The position numbers and the translations under genes were made by a program. The notes beneath the pieces are model-generated. The model saw only the letters and a program-made list of their open reading frames with translations, had not been told where the DNA came from and did no database searches. A DNA stretch of 33,582 nucleotides from Nemertoderma westbladi (lineage: Eukaryota; Animalia; Xenacoelomorpha). Shown here piece after piece: positions 1-10,685 of this stretch (position 1 is the stretch's first letter; each line of letters opens with the position of its first letter). The DNA lies in contig JAUCBJ010004733.1 of NCBI GenBank assembly GCA_032718475.1, positions 1 to 33,582 of the forward strand. The letters are read 5' to 3'.

Positions 1-1557
1 GTAAAGCCAACCATTCAACCAACCACCAAGGTTAAGGCTGAATCACCAGCCGATCGCCTGAATGGTTGGAAGGGCCACTTTGAAAAGCTCCTCAATAATG
101 ACAGGGTATTGCCTGATAACTTTATAGAAGTAAAAGTGTCTGAGTCTGTACTCCCAGATATTCCCATTGGCGATATCTCCTTTACAGAAGTGAAGGCTGC
201 TGCAAAGAGTATTAAGACCGATCGTGCCAGTGGAGTAGATGGTGTTCCCCCTGAGGTCTTTAAAATACCTGAGTGTCTAAAGCTCATCTATCCCATCATA
301 CTGTAGTAGACATGTACCGAACAACAAGAGTCCCACAAGAAATGAAAACAAATAAGTTGGTGCCAGTTCCCAAGAAGGGCAGCCTAACACTCTATGGTTC
401 TTTTCGGGGAATCTCATTGATCTCGATTGCTGCAAAGCTATACAATAGAATTCTATTAAATCGCATCAGGGATCCCATTGATAGACTGCTCCGTGGAAAT
501 CAGAATGGGTTCCGTAAAGGTCGTGGGACCATGGAGCCCATTTTGGCACTTAGAAGGATAATTGAAGAGTTATGAGTTAGAGACAGGCATCTGGCTCTCT
601 CGCTCACGTATGTTCAGCATACTTTCATTATATGATCTTCATGATCTCCTTAGATCTTCATAATGATGATGGGGTGATGATAACTCCACCTACTAGCTCC
701 AGAAGTCGAGGAAATAATGCCAAGTACTAACTGATCTAGACTTTGCTTATGACTTAGGAGTACTCCCAGAATCACTAGAGGGAGCCCAACGGCTCATCGG
801 CTCATTAGAACAGGCTGCTTCTAGTGTTTATCTTTTTATTAACTCCAGAAAGACCAAAATTTTGACAGTTAACTTGAAAGTCCTCAGCAAGACTCTGACC
901 GGATGAGCATAAGCTCAAGGGATGGTATGCTTGAGCATGTGGACGACTTCTGTTACCTGGGATCATGGATCCGGAAGTCAGGTGAGGACCTTCAAATACG
1001 TAAGGGAAAAGCATGGGCAGCCTTGAAAAGGCTTTCGAGGATTTGGAAGTCACCGAGAATTAATCGGAAACTTAAGGTCCGATTATTTAGAGCAGCAGTA
1101 GTTCCAGTACTCCTCTATGGGAGTCCATGCTGGGCTCTAACTACTGAGGACACCAAATCTCTGGATGGCACATTCACAAGAATGCTACGCCGGGTTCATT
1201 GTGTCAAGTACAATGCACACATCTCCAACCAGACACTATATAACATTGGAGGTGTTTCATTGGTTCCCCCAAGCTTGACACTAGAACAAAGTCGCCTCCA
1301 ACAGAGAGAACAAAGTGAGGACCAGGCTGTGCGTAATCTTGTGCTTTGGCAGCCTCGTGGAGTGAATAACCATGTTGGACAGCCCATGATATTCTTGAGA
1401 CGCATCTTAAAGGACACTGGCCATGAATATGTAGCAAATGTCTAGCAAATGTCATGGGTGATAGGGAGTTGTGGCGGAGCAATTTTGTCGACAACCCGGC
1501 ACAGCATTCTTAAAAATGCAGCTGCGATGCAACATGCCGATCCTAGTAGTAGTAGTA
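1..1557 (+). mobile_element. Decayed RTE-clade non-LTR retrotransposon (RT region to 3' end, (TAG)n tail); runs off the window start
   Basis: Broken frames give RT motifs (ASGVDGVPPEVFK, VPVPKKGSL..FRGISL, NQNGFRKGRGT, LDFAYDL for xADD, FCYLGS, KVRLFRAAVVPVLLYGS). Stops, frameshifts and an internal RT deletion near 600. Ends in TAGTAGTAGTAGTA. Confidence 0.9.
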
Positions 1558-1677
1558 TAGCACAGTGACGGGTGGTGCCCGTCCGCCGAGAATGTCATCA
1601 ACGGGCACCGCCCTTTGCCGGCGTTAAAGGGTTGAGGCACAGGAGAGGCCCGGCTCAAACAGACTACTACAGTAGTA

Positions 1678-1875
1678 GCAAAGAATGCAGTTGAAGCTGT
1701 ATATCGGTCCCTGAACGGGCATGAGTCTGTTAATCTACAGGAGCTTATAAACCAACAGGTTGATGCCATCAATGATGCCGATGACAGCAGGCAATCATCC
1801 CAGGCATGGAAATCGATCAATTTGTTGACTGAGCGGAAAAGCCAACCAACCACCAAGGTTAAGACAGAATCACCT
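1678..1875 (+). mobile_element. Second RTE fragment (EN-RT linker region)
   Basis: 1838-1874 (aaagccaacc..aaccaccaaggttaag.c.gaatcacc) matches window positions 3-47. Translates as ...QAWKSINLLTERKSQPTTKVK, typical of an RTE linker. Confidence 0.7.
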
Positions 1876-3639
1876 TAAACCTGTAGGCTTACATTGGTTA
1901 ACCTAACTACAGTACTACCTACGTACATAACGTACGATGTGCTGCACCATCAAATAAAAGATTAATCGCTGTTATTGGTGTTAACATCATCATAGCAAAC
2001 TGTTAACTTATACTCATTTAATGTGCCTTACTTGTAACATTCAAATCTCGGGACTCAAATTTCTTTACATCGGTGGAGCAAGAACTATTTTTCATCTCGA
2101 GGATGTTGGTCTGTCTGTCTGTCCGTCAGAAAATTGGAAAGCACGTTATCTGCCTAAAAAATTTCCTACAGGGATTTTCCTTGTCCGTGATATCATTTCC
2201 GATGTCAGGGGTTTTCAAAATCGGCGGTAGGCGTTAGGCAGTATCGTGTCTGTGTGTATGCTTGTCGGTGTCTGTCTATCGTCAAGGCATAACCTACAGA
2301 CGGATAGACTATTTGGAAGCCATCAAATGCGAAAACCGACATTGCAAAGTGAAATCACCATCCATGAGAAAACCCCCATTGCAAACTTCTTAGCTCGGTT
2401 GGGTACTTTTTTCGAAATACCATTTCACTGGGAAATTTAAGTTGTCTCTTCATGGTGCCACCTATTTTTGCCATTATGGCAATTTTACTTTCGGCTCAAG
2501 CATTTTTTAAATAAACCACCAGGTAAAACGGGATCCGAAATGAAACGAAATTTGAAAATGAAATTAGGCATTTCGAGATAATTGTCTTCAAAGTTTAAAC
2601 TTGTCGAGCACAACTGTCTTTCTGGAGGGGACTACAGTACTACTGGTTGGTTAATAATGTCTGACATGATGGAAGCACAAACAACGAGCTAAAATTGTGG
2701 TTTTCGGGGTCACAAATTTCAATCAAGATGCCTGTTTTAATGTTTGGTACAATCTAGTCTGTCTGTCTATTCGTATGTCTGTCTGAATTGCTTAGCGGAT
2801 AGACCGGGAAACGGTCAGAGTGCGATAACTAAAGTCAAAATTAAATTATGTATGAATATTAATATTTTAAATCGGTTGGTCGGACGGTTTTGTCAGTAGG
2901 TTCGGTTGGAATGTGGGAAGATAATAATATGGGAAGATGGTGCCACACGGCGCCGATTTGTGAAGGGCGCCAAATTAGAAAATTCCGTATATGAGGAGTG
3001 GCAATATCATAAATAATAGAAAAAATATATAGGCCCCTACAGCCCTAATAAATAAAGTTAAGTACAGTAGTTTGACTTTAATAAGTATACAGTAGAAAAC
3101 ACGAGGTTTGATTTGATTGATATGTAATAAATATATTTTCAGATAAAAAATCTAGGAAAGTAATAATTGTAATCCTACTGTACAGCTAATAACCAACAAA
3201 GTAATAAACAGTAATATAGCAAGTACAGTAATAAACAACATTTTTTGGTAATAAAATCGGAATTTTGTGAATTTGTGGAGGGGGGGAGGGGGGTGGGGGG
3301 GGGGGGGGTAGAATCAGCTTGTAACAGGGCTCCAGAAATCTCGGCACGCCTCTGATCTCGATCTTTAGATACTGTCTTACCGTCCCCGCAATAAGTGCCA
3401 CGATCGTGTACCAAATCATCGTACAGTAGGCCTATATTTACCGCATATGTGCGTGATTCTATTGCCAAAAATGATAAGACCGTGGATAAAATGATTACAA
3501 ATTGCGTTGAACATGAAAGCTGCATTCAATGATGGAATTATCTGAAGTCTGAAATACGTTTTATGCTCACCAACTAGCAACTGTATAACTACTGTATGTA
3601 TATGATTGTATATGATGTATCGTCAATGATTATTGTTCA

Positions 3640-3961
3640 GGCTACCAATATAGACTGCAAGTCTCGCGTTCTTAAAGAAAAAGTAAAACTGAATAAGTCA
3701 ACCAACACCAGTCATATATTTATTGACAATGATCTAACTAAGTTACAGTCCAAACAGGCGTTCCTCCGTCGACAATCCCGCCCTAAAAACGCAGCTCGAT
3801 TAAATTTGCTGCCCCCCGCCGCCCCCATTCCTAACCACACCGACACATCGACCCCAGCTTCTCAGTTTGACGGAGCATCGGGAATGGGAACGGGATCGGA
3901 TTCACCTCGTTCTGTCCCTCCCACACCTCGAGATACCACCGTACCGAACCAGGGAAACTGA
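3640..3961 (+). CDS. CR1-type ORF1 C-terminal remnant
   Basis: IFIDNDLTKLQ...RR motif typical of LINE ORF1 C-termini, followed by a Pro/Ser-rich tail ending QGN*. The upstream ATG in the ORF track is probably flank sequence. Confidence 0.6.
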
Positions 3962-3990
3962 AACAGGGAGAAAGTCGCGTCCGCCCATTC

Positions 3991-6801
3991 GTGGACTGTA
4001 CCGTCTTTAATGCGCAGTCCTTGGGAAATAAATTGCCGGAACTGCATTTATTTCTAAAGGAGGGTAAATATGACGTAGTTGGAATTACGGAGACGTGGAT
4101 GAGGGAGTCCTTCACAGATCGAATGATAAATGGCGGCGAGAACTACAATGTCTATCGACAGGATCGCTCGGGTACTACAGGAGGAGGGGTTGCCATCTTG
4201 GTAAGGAAGGGAATAGAAGTCGTTAAGATAAAGTCTGTTTTTGATAAAGATGACTATGCACATCTTGAAGTTGTAGCCTTGGACCTTGTGGGACAAACGC
4301 CGTCTAGGTTGGTGTGTGTATACCGACCCCAGACTTCATCGGAATCATGGTCGTCTGCTAAAGACGAGAGTTTATGTCGCTGCCTGACTGAGCTATGTGA
4401 GACTAAACATCCCGTAGCTATATTTGGCGATTTTAACTTGCCGTCGTTGAATTGGAAAAATTATGATCATCCTGATACCGAGTTATATAATTTATTTGCT
4501 AATTTTTCTCTAGAAAATGGGTTAACTCAATTGCAACATGAACCCACACGCTTTGACAACACATTAGATTTAGTTTTTTCTTCAGATGATTTGTTTATCT
4601 CAGATGTATTTGTCACAACGCCCTTTTCCACTAGCGACCACTCTAGTGTGTGTTTTAGTATTTTGTCACCTAATCAGACAGAGTCAATTGAACTTAAATT
4701 AGGTTATTATGATTTTAGACACGCTAACTATGCAGATTTTTCAAAGTTTATTGACCGTAATAATTTTCGAAATGCGTTTGGTAATTGTAATACTGTTAAT
4801 GAGTACTGGTCTGTTCTTAGTGATGCACTAAAATCTGGTATTGATAAATTTGTGCCATTTAAAATGTTCAAGGTCAATTCCAGAACTAAGCTGTTACCGG
4901 CCTATGTGAGAAAACTTCAGAAAAATAAAAAAGCATTATGGCGCCGCAGACACACCATAAATGGAATGTCTGAATACAAACGTTGTGCTAAAGCCACTGC
5001 GAGAGCGGCGTTTAGAGCTGAATGCATTCGTGAAAACCATGTGCTTAGTTCTGGAAAGCCGGATGCAATATTTCAATTTGTAAACAGTAAGAGACACAAC
5101 CGATCTGGTATTTCACCCTTGAAATTTAAAGGGGACACTGTTGTCGATGATTGTACTAAGTCCAAAATTTTATCTCAGGTTTTTTCTGAAAACTTTACAT
5201 TAGATAATGACACTTTACCTATTTTTAATCATAGAGTGCCTAATAATATTAGTAAATCAACAATCAATTTGTCTCCCTTAAACGTGTATACTATACTTCG
5301 TAAAATGGATGCGAAAGTGAGTAATACTCCAGATGGTTTACCTAGCTTCATGTATTCTAAGTTAGCTCGTTGTTTATGTAGTCCGTTGTCTGTTATATTT
5401 AACGTCTCGTTTGTCACTCATGCTTTACCTACTGTGTGGTTAACTGCAAATATTGTGCCGATATTTAAGAAGGGCAACCCCACTGACCCATACAATTACC
5501 GCCCAGTTTCACTTACCTGTGTAGCGTGCAAGCTAATGGAACTCTGTGTTAAATCCGAACTAGCTGATTACTTACGAACGAATAAAATTATAACGAAGGC
5601 GCAACACGGATTCATGAAACGTCGATCCACATGCACCCAGCTTTTAACCTGTTCAAACGAATGGTTTAAGGTATTAGACTTTCGCCATAAAGTTGATGTG
5701 GTGTACATTGACTTAGCCAAAGCATTCGATTCGGTTGTGCACAATAAATTGATCCACAAATTGGCTAGTTACGGAATTACTGGTAACTTATTACTTTGGA
5801 TTGGTGCGTTCCTTAGTGATCGTAGACAATGTGTAGTTGTTGGTAATAGTACCTCGGAATTTGTAAAGGTTATATCTGGTACTGTACAAGGCAGTGTACT
5901 GGGGCCGCTATTGTTCCTGCTAGATGTAAACGATCTTCCTGCACAACTAGAAAACGTTTCCTGTGATCTATTTGCAGATGACTTAAAAATACACGCGCGT
6001 TCATCTGATAGCGATTTGCTTCACGCAGCACTTCGTAGTCTGGAGAAGTGGACAGCCGAATGGCAACTTACTATAGCGGCTCACAAGTGCACTGTAGTTC
6101 ATTTTGGTGGTAAACAAATAGATGTCCCGAAACAATATTTTCTTAACGGTATGTTACTTAAGCCCGATACAGAATGTAGAGATTTAGGCGTAACTTTTAG
6201 CGATAATTTAAAATTCGATCGACATTGTAAAGTTCAAGCTGCTAAAGGTTTTAAGATCGCAAATTTAATTTTTAGGTGCTTCCATACCAGTAATGTAAAA
6301 GCTTTATTAACGGCATATAAAGCGTACGTTCGGCCGCTGGTAGAATATTGTACTCCCGTATGGTCCCCTTTCCAACTGGGCTCCATTGATCTGATCGAAA
6401 GAGTCCAGCGTTATTTCACGCGTAGGTTATTTGCTCGATGCCGACTAGGTAATATAACCTACATGGAGCGTTTGCAGTTTTTGGACTTACAACCTCTAGA
6501 AGTCCGTAGGTTAATTTTCGATTTAAAAATGACATATTCCATTATTCACAATTGTGTTGATTTGGATTTTGATTCCTTTTTCACTGGTGCGAGTACACTT
6601 AACACAAGAGGTCATAATTTTAAACTGTTTCAATTTCGCGCTAGACTCCAAATTAGTAAATTTCGTTTTAGTAACCGAGTTGTTTCAATGTGGAATAATT
6701 TATCGGATGACATAGTGAACTCATCCAACAAAGATATTTTTACGTCTAGATTGAAGGAGGCAAATCTACTAACCTATTGTAAATTTAATCGATTGCTATA
6801 A
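3991..6801 (+). CDS. LINE ORF2: apurinic-like endonuclease + reverse transcriptase (CR1-type)
   Basis: Uninterrupted 936 codons. EN motifs NAQSL, ITETW, GGGVA, GDFN, LDL, SDH; RT motifs YRPVSLT, QHGF, DLAKAFD, QGSVLGP, FADD, DLGV; CR1-like C-terminus TRGHNFKL..FSNRVV.MWN.L. The frame is open from 3871 with no ATG before the EN motifs. Confidence 0.95.
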   Translation: MDCTVFNAQSLGNKLPELHLFLKEGKYDVVGITETWMRESFTDRMINGGENYNVYRQDRSGTTGGGVAILVRKGIEVVKIKSVFDKDDYAHLEVVALDLVGQTPSRLVCVYRPQTSSESWSSAKDESLCRCLTELCETKHPVAIFGDFNLPSLNWKNYDHPDTELYNLFANFSLENGLTQLQHEPTRFDNTLDLVFSSDDLFISDVFVTTPFSTSDHSSVCFSILSPNQTESIELKLGYYDFRHANYADFSKFIDRNNFRNAFGNCNTVNEYWSVLSDALKSGIDKFVPFKMFKVNSRTKLLPAYVRKLQKNKKALWRRRHTINGMSEYKRCAKATARAAFRAECIRENHVLSSGKPDAIFQFVNSKRHNRSGISPLKFKGDTVVDDCTKSKILSQVFSENFTLDNDTLPIFNHRVPNNISKSTINLSPLNVYTILRKMDAKVSNTPDGLPSFMYSKLARCLCSPLSVIFNVSFVTHALPTVWLTANIVPIFKKGNPTDPYNYRPVSLTCVACKLMELCVKSELADYLRTNKIITKAQHGFMKRRSTCTQLLTCSNEWFKVLDFRHKVDVVYIDLAKAFDSVVHNKLIHKLASYGITGNLLLWIGAFLSDRRQCVVVGNSTSEFVKVISGTVQGSVLGPLLFLLDVNDLPAQLENVSCDLFADDLKIHARSSDSDLLHAALRSLEKWTAEWQLTIAAHKCTVVHFGGKQIDVPKQYFLNGMLLKPDTECRDLGVTFSDNLKFDRHCKVQAAKGFKIANLIFRCFHTSNVKALLTAYKAYVRPLVEYCTPVWSPFQLGSIDLIERVQRYFTRRLFARCRLGNITYMERLQFLDLQPLEVRRLIFDLKMTYSIIHNCVDLDFDSFFTGASTLNTRGHNFKLFQFRARLQISKFRFSNRVVSMWNNLSDDIVNSSNKDIFTSRLKEANLLTYCKFNRLL

Positions 6802-8764
6802 TTTTTATTTCAATATTTTTAGACGCTATTGAATTACCCTGTATTTTTATACTGTATATATGTATTTTATTTTTTAGACTGGACAAGTTTTACTGGACTG
6901 CCAAGTCGATTTTAATGTATGTTGTCTTACTAGATATATTTTACTGGACTGCATAGACGTTGGAAATCAAATTTTCTTACTGTAGGCTAATTTTATTATG
7001 TCAAATTCATTTCTTAATGTACTGATATATGTTTTTATGTCACACTAATGTTTTACTGTATATTTTTAGACTGGACTATTCATGCAATATTGTTAGTTGT
7101 CGGTATTGTACATGGATTAATATTAAGTTGTAGGATATTTAGTGTTGTCTTTCACCTATTAGTGTTAATTTTTAACCTTGGTGATTTTCTCCCTCTATTA
7201 ATAATTTTATAATATATGAGGTGTTAATAATAATAATAATAATATACTGCTAAGTTAGGCGTAGCGTTTACACCGATTAATTTGGGGCATGTCTCTATGG
7301 TTTGGTTATGCAATCATATATGAAGTGTTGTTCCGTGCTAAAAAGGCAATATCGCTCTGTCATTCCCACCTTCTATCTGACTATACAGTAGACTGTTAGA
7401 CAGCTAGACTATGGCAATACTGACTGTGCTGTGCACAGTATTTTATCCAAGGTGTGGATTACAGATTAAGGGATTATAACTGCTGAACGGAATTCAAAGG
7501 AATTAAAAAAAGGATAATATTATACAGTAGGCCTATTTCTCCACCAACAATAATTGGGTTCAGAAGTTCAGAGATCAGAGTGAGACTCGTAGCCACACAC
7601 AGAAACATACTGCACTGCAGAGTGTCAACAAACTGTGAACTGTAGGCTGAGAGTTCAGCAGTTGGCCTATTCAGCAATCTCCGAAAGTTTTGAACACTTT
7701 CACACTCGGACACTGCAGCATTGTAAATACTGAAATACTACAGTACTAAATACAATGAAATAGTGTAGGCCTACATTTAAAGTTACAAAGTTATTTGATA
7801 TTTTTTTCATAATTTGTCTGGTACCGGTACTGACGACTGAGTGGTACCGGTGTCCGGTACTGTACATACGAAAATATAAAACGACCTGAAACGATTTGAA
7901 ACAACCTACATGACCTATGACTGTATGAAACGATCTGAAACACCCAGACGACCACGAATGGATAATTCCATCCAAATTCGACAACTCGCGGTGGCATGGC
8001 TGCATGGTTCATCGATTTCGTTTATTTTTAGATATAGGCTATGGTCGGAAATGGCATAAAATGACACCTGATGAAATATTTCTGATGATGGTTTATTGGT
8101 TTTCGAGATATTGCACTTCAAACTGTCTGACTGTCAAAGTTTGCGATTTATTCGAACATATCCCCAAACCCCAACCCAATGAAACCTACAGAAAATCTTT
8201 CTGACCTGTGGCAGTGTGGGTGGAGTGTCAATTTTATGTCTGTATGTTTGTTGTACACATAAACTGATAAATAGGTCTCATACACATTAAAACTGTAAAA
8301 CCTTGAATAAACACCACCCACTTGTCAGACCAACTTTTCTATGTGGCTAAAGATTGTACTTTTCGACAAATTTTGTCTTCTTGAGGCTTGAGTTGGAGTG
8401 GTGTGAATAGCGGGCAGCGGGTAGCCCAAAACATTTAGTATATAGTTAGATATACCAAAAGGGGGTTCTGTGGTACAATTTTCATGTACCACCAGCAAAT
8501 CAGACTTCCATAGGCCCTACCACTGTACCATCATTTGGAAAATTGAAACTTACTGACTTACCAAAATTGCCATACTTAGGAACATCGCTGCAAGCGTCTG
8601 ATAAAATATGGGCAGATGCAGAGATGGGTGCTTGAAATGAATCATGACTGCATGACAGTATACTACAATCGACATGCTGCATTGCAGCTGCATCAGTGCA
8701 TTATATATATATTAAGAATGCTGTACCGGCTTGTCGACAAAATTGCGCCTCCATAACTCCCTTA

Positions 8765-10685
8765 CAGTCGGTGAGAAGTCAAAAATTGGACTTCAAGTCC
8801 AATTTTAGACTTCAAGTCCAATTTTGGACTCCAAAGTCCAATATTGGACTTTAGTACAACTCCAAGTGTACCCAAGCTGCCATACTGCAGTACTGTATAT
8901 CGGTATTTCAATCAAAACTGCATCCCGTATCAGTACATATATATTACATAATTACAATGCAACATTATTTTAATGATCAAATTAATTATTATATGTATTA
9001 TAAACAGGGATCGTACACATACAGTCAGACATTAGTTAGTAGTTACTTTTTGCGGTAGTGGTATAGCTTTGCGGTAGCCTTACTGCAGTACTGCCTTAGC
9101 GGTGTATACCGCGGTAGCGTAGTTGAGTTATAGTTGTATAGTTCATTCATACCCATACTGCCATACCTGTGGTATTTTCGTATGGCTGTATGGCAAAAAT
9201 AAGACTACTGTAAACTGTAACCTATTATGTTATTGAGTTAATGTTTATTGACTAATTGTTTTGATTAGGTTCACTGTGTCAAGTACAATGCACACATCTC
9301 TGCATCTCCAACCAGACACTATATCACTTTGGAGTTGGAGGTGTCTGTCTCATTCAGTCATTGGTTCCCCCAAGCTTGAACTAGAACAAAGCCGCCTCCA
9401 CTTTGCAGGACATCGATTTAAGCCGTGAGGACCAGCCAGTGCACCTCATGGAGTGAATAAGCATGGTGGACAGCCCATTCTTGAGACACATCTGTCTTAA
9501 AGGACACTGGCCTTGAAGATGCGGATGATCTAGCAAATGTCATGGGTGATAAGGCTGTCAGGCTGTAAGAGTGTAAGGGAGTTGTGGAGGCGCACTTTTG
9601 TCAACAAGCCGGCACAGCATTCTTAATACATAATAGGGCCTATACTGCTATATATATAATGCAGCTGCAATGAATCATGCCGATTGTAGTAGTAGTATGT
9701 GGTGAGGTTATAGGGCTCCTTGGCTCCTTCAATTGGTTAAGTCAAAAGTGGCCGTTTATTGTTTTAGTTAGAAAAGCCTGCCTCTGTAACCTGTTCCTTT
9801 CCCTCAATTTGTTTATGATTATGACGTCTGTTACTTGTTACTTCTGTACTTATTATGTGGAGACCCCAATGCGTTAATCAGTTACTAATCCCGTTTCATT
9901 ATCCTGTTATCCAGCTGTTTTATAATACCCTTCCTGTTGTATGGAAAAATTAGAAGAGATGGTGGTAGCATCAACTTGTAGTATTTCTTTCTGATAGGGC
10001 TCCCATAGCCTTAGACGAAATCGTAGCTTGTACTGTAGTTAGCCTTAGCAGCAGCTGCAGTTGGCTAACCTGGCATTGCTACCAGTATCCACGAAATATA
10101 ATTTGTAATTAAATATTTGTTGGAGCATAATCTAATCTAGTCCTAAAGACACTATAAAGTCCTCGGTACATAAGGCAGTAAGGTTAGACATAACATGAAT
10201 GTAAATTGTGAACTAAACAATATGTTAAAAGTAAAGTACAAAGTACCTAGAATGCTAGAATGTACCATTATATTCTAAGTACAGTACAGTCAGTACACTG
10301 AAGATAACATACAGAGCTGCAAAGGTAACTTTCCATAACTTAACAGCTGTCTGGCTGTCTCTCATCTGTCATGCTACATGTTCGATTCTCAATGTCACGT
10401 CCAAAATTAGACTTAAAGTCCAATATTGGACTTTTGTAAAAATTCAAAGCCTTATAAAAAAAGTTCCCCCTGGTGAATTTCAGGTCCCCCTGTTCAAAAC
10501 TCTTATTTTTTGATATATTTTCGATTAAAATTAAAAAATCCCGCCCGATCCTATTACCCAAGGCCCTGGAACAATTGGCTGATTTGAAGTCCAATATTGG
10601 ACTCACAGAAGTCCAATTTTGGACTTGAACTGGAGTCGAAGTCCAATTTTGGACTCAAGTCCAATTCTTGACTTCTCACCGACTG
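8765..10685 (+). mobile_element. Non-autonomous TIR DNA transposon 'A' (CAG...CTG ends, 5-bp TSD CCTTA) carrying a captured RTE 3' fragment
   Basis: TIR CAGTCGGTGAGAAGTCAA(A/G)AATTG at 8765 with its reverse complement ending 10685. CCTTA at 8760-8764 and 10686-10690. Subterminal AAGTCCAAWWTTGGACT palindromic repeats at both ends. It interrupts an otherwise continuous minus-strand RTE fragment. Confidence 0.85.
9268..9697 (+). mobile_element. RTE 3'-terminal fragment inside element A
   Basis: Aligns by eye to 1193-1557 (ggttcactgtgtcaagtacaatgcacacatc ... gcagctgc ... gtagtagtagta). Confidence 0.85.

Larger units (their letters stand above)
3640..7244 (+). mobile_element. 5'-truncated CR1-type LINE (ORF1 3' remnant, ORF2, 3' UTR, (TAA)n tail)
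   Basis: ORF1-like C-terminus followed by an EN+RT ORF2, an AT-rich 3' UTR and a (TAA)n run at about 7225-7244. The 5' boundary is approximate. Confidence 0.85.

Noticed and set aside
2070-3000. Possible Helentron-like or other non-autonomous element with (GTCT)n tracts
   Set aside because: Looks repeat-like, but I could not define termini, TSD or a second copy.
5880-5889. TACTGTA inside CR1 ORF2 as an excision footprint
   Set aside because: A 5-bp insertion would shift the frame; frame and motif spacing are intact.
8068-8090. CTGATGA words as additional hammerheads (also reverse-strand TCATCAG near 26171, 29404 and 29592)
   Set aside because: No stem II-GAAA-stem III arrangement follows.
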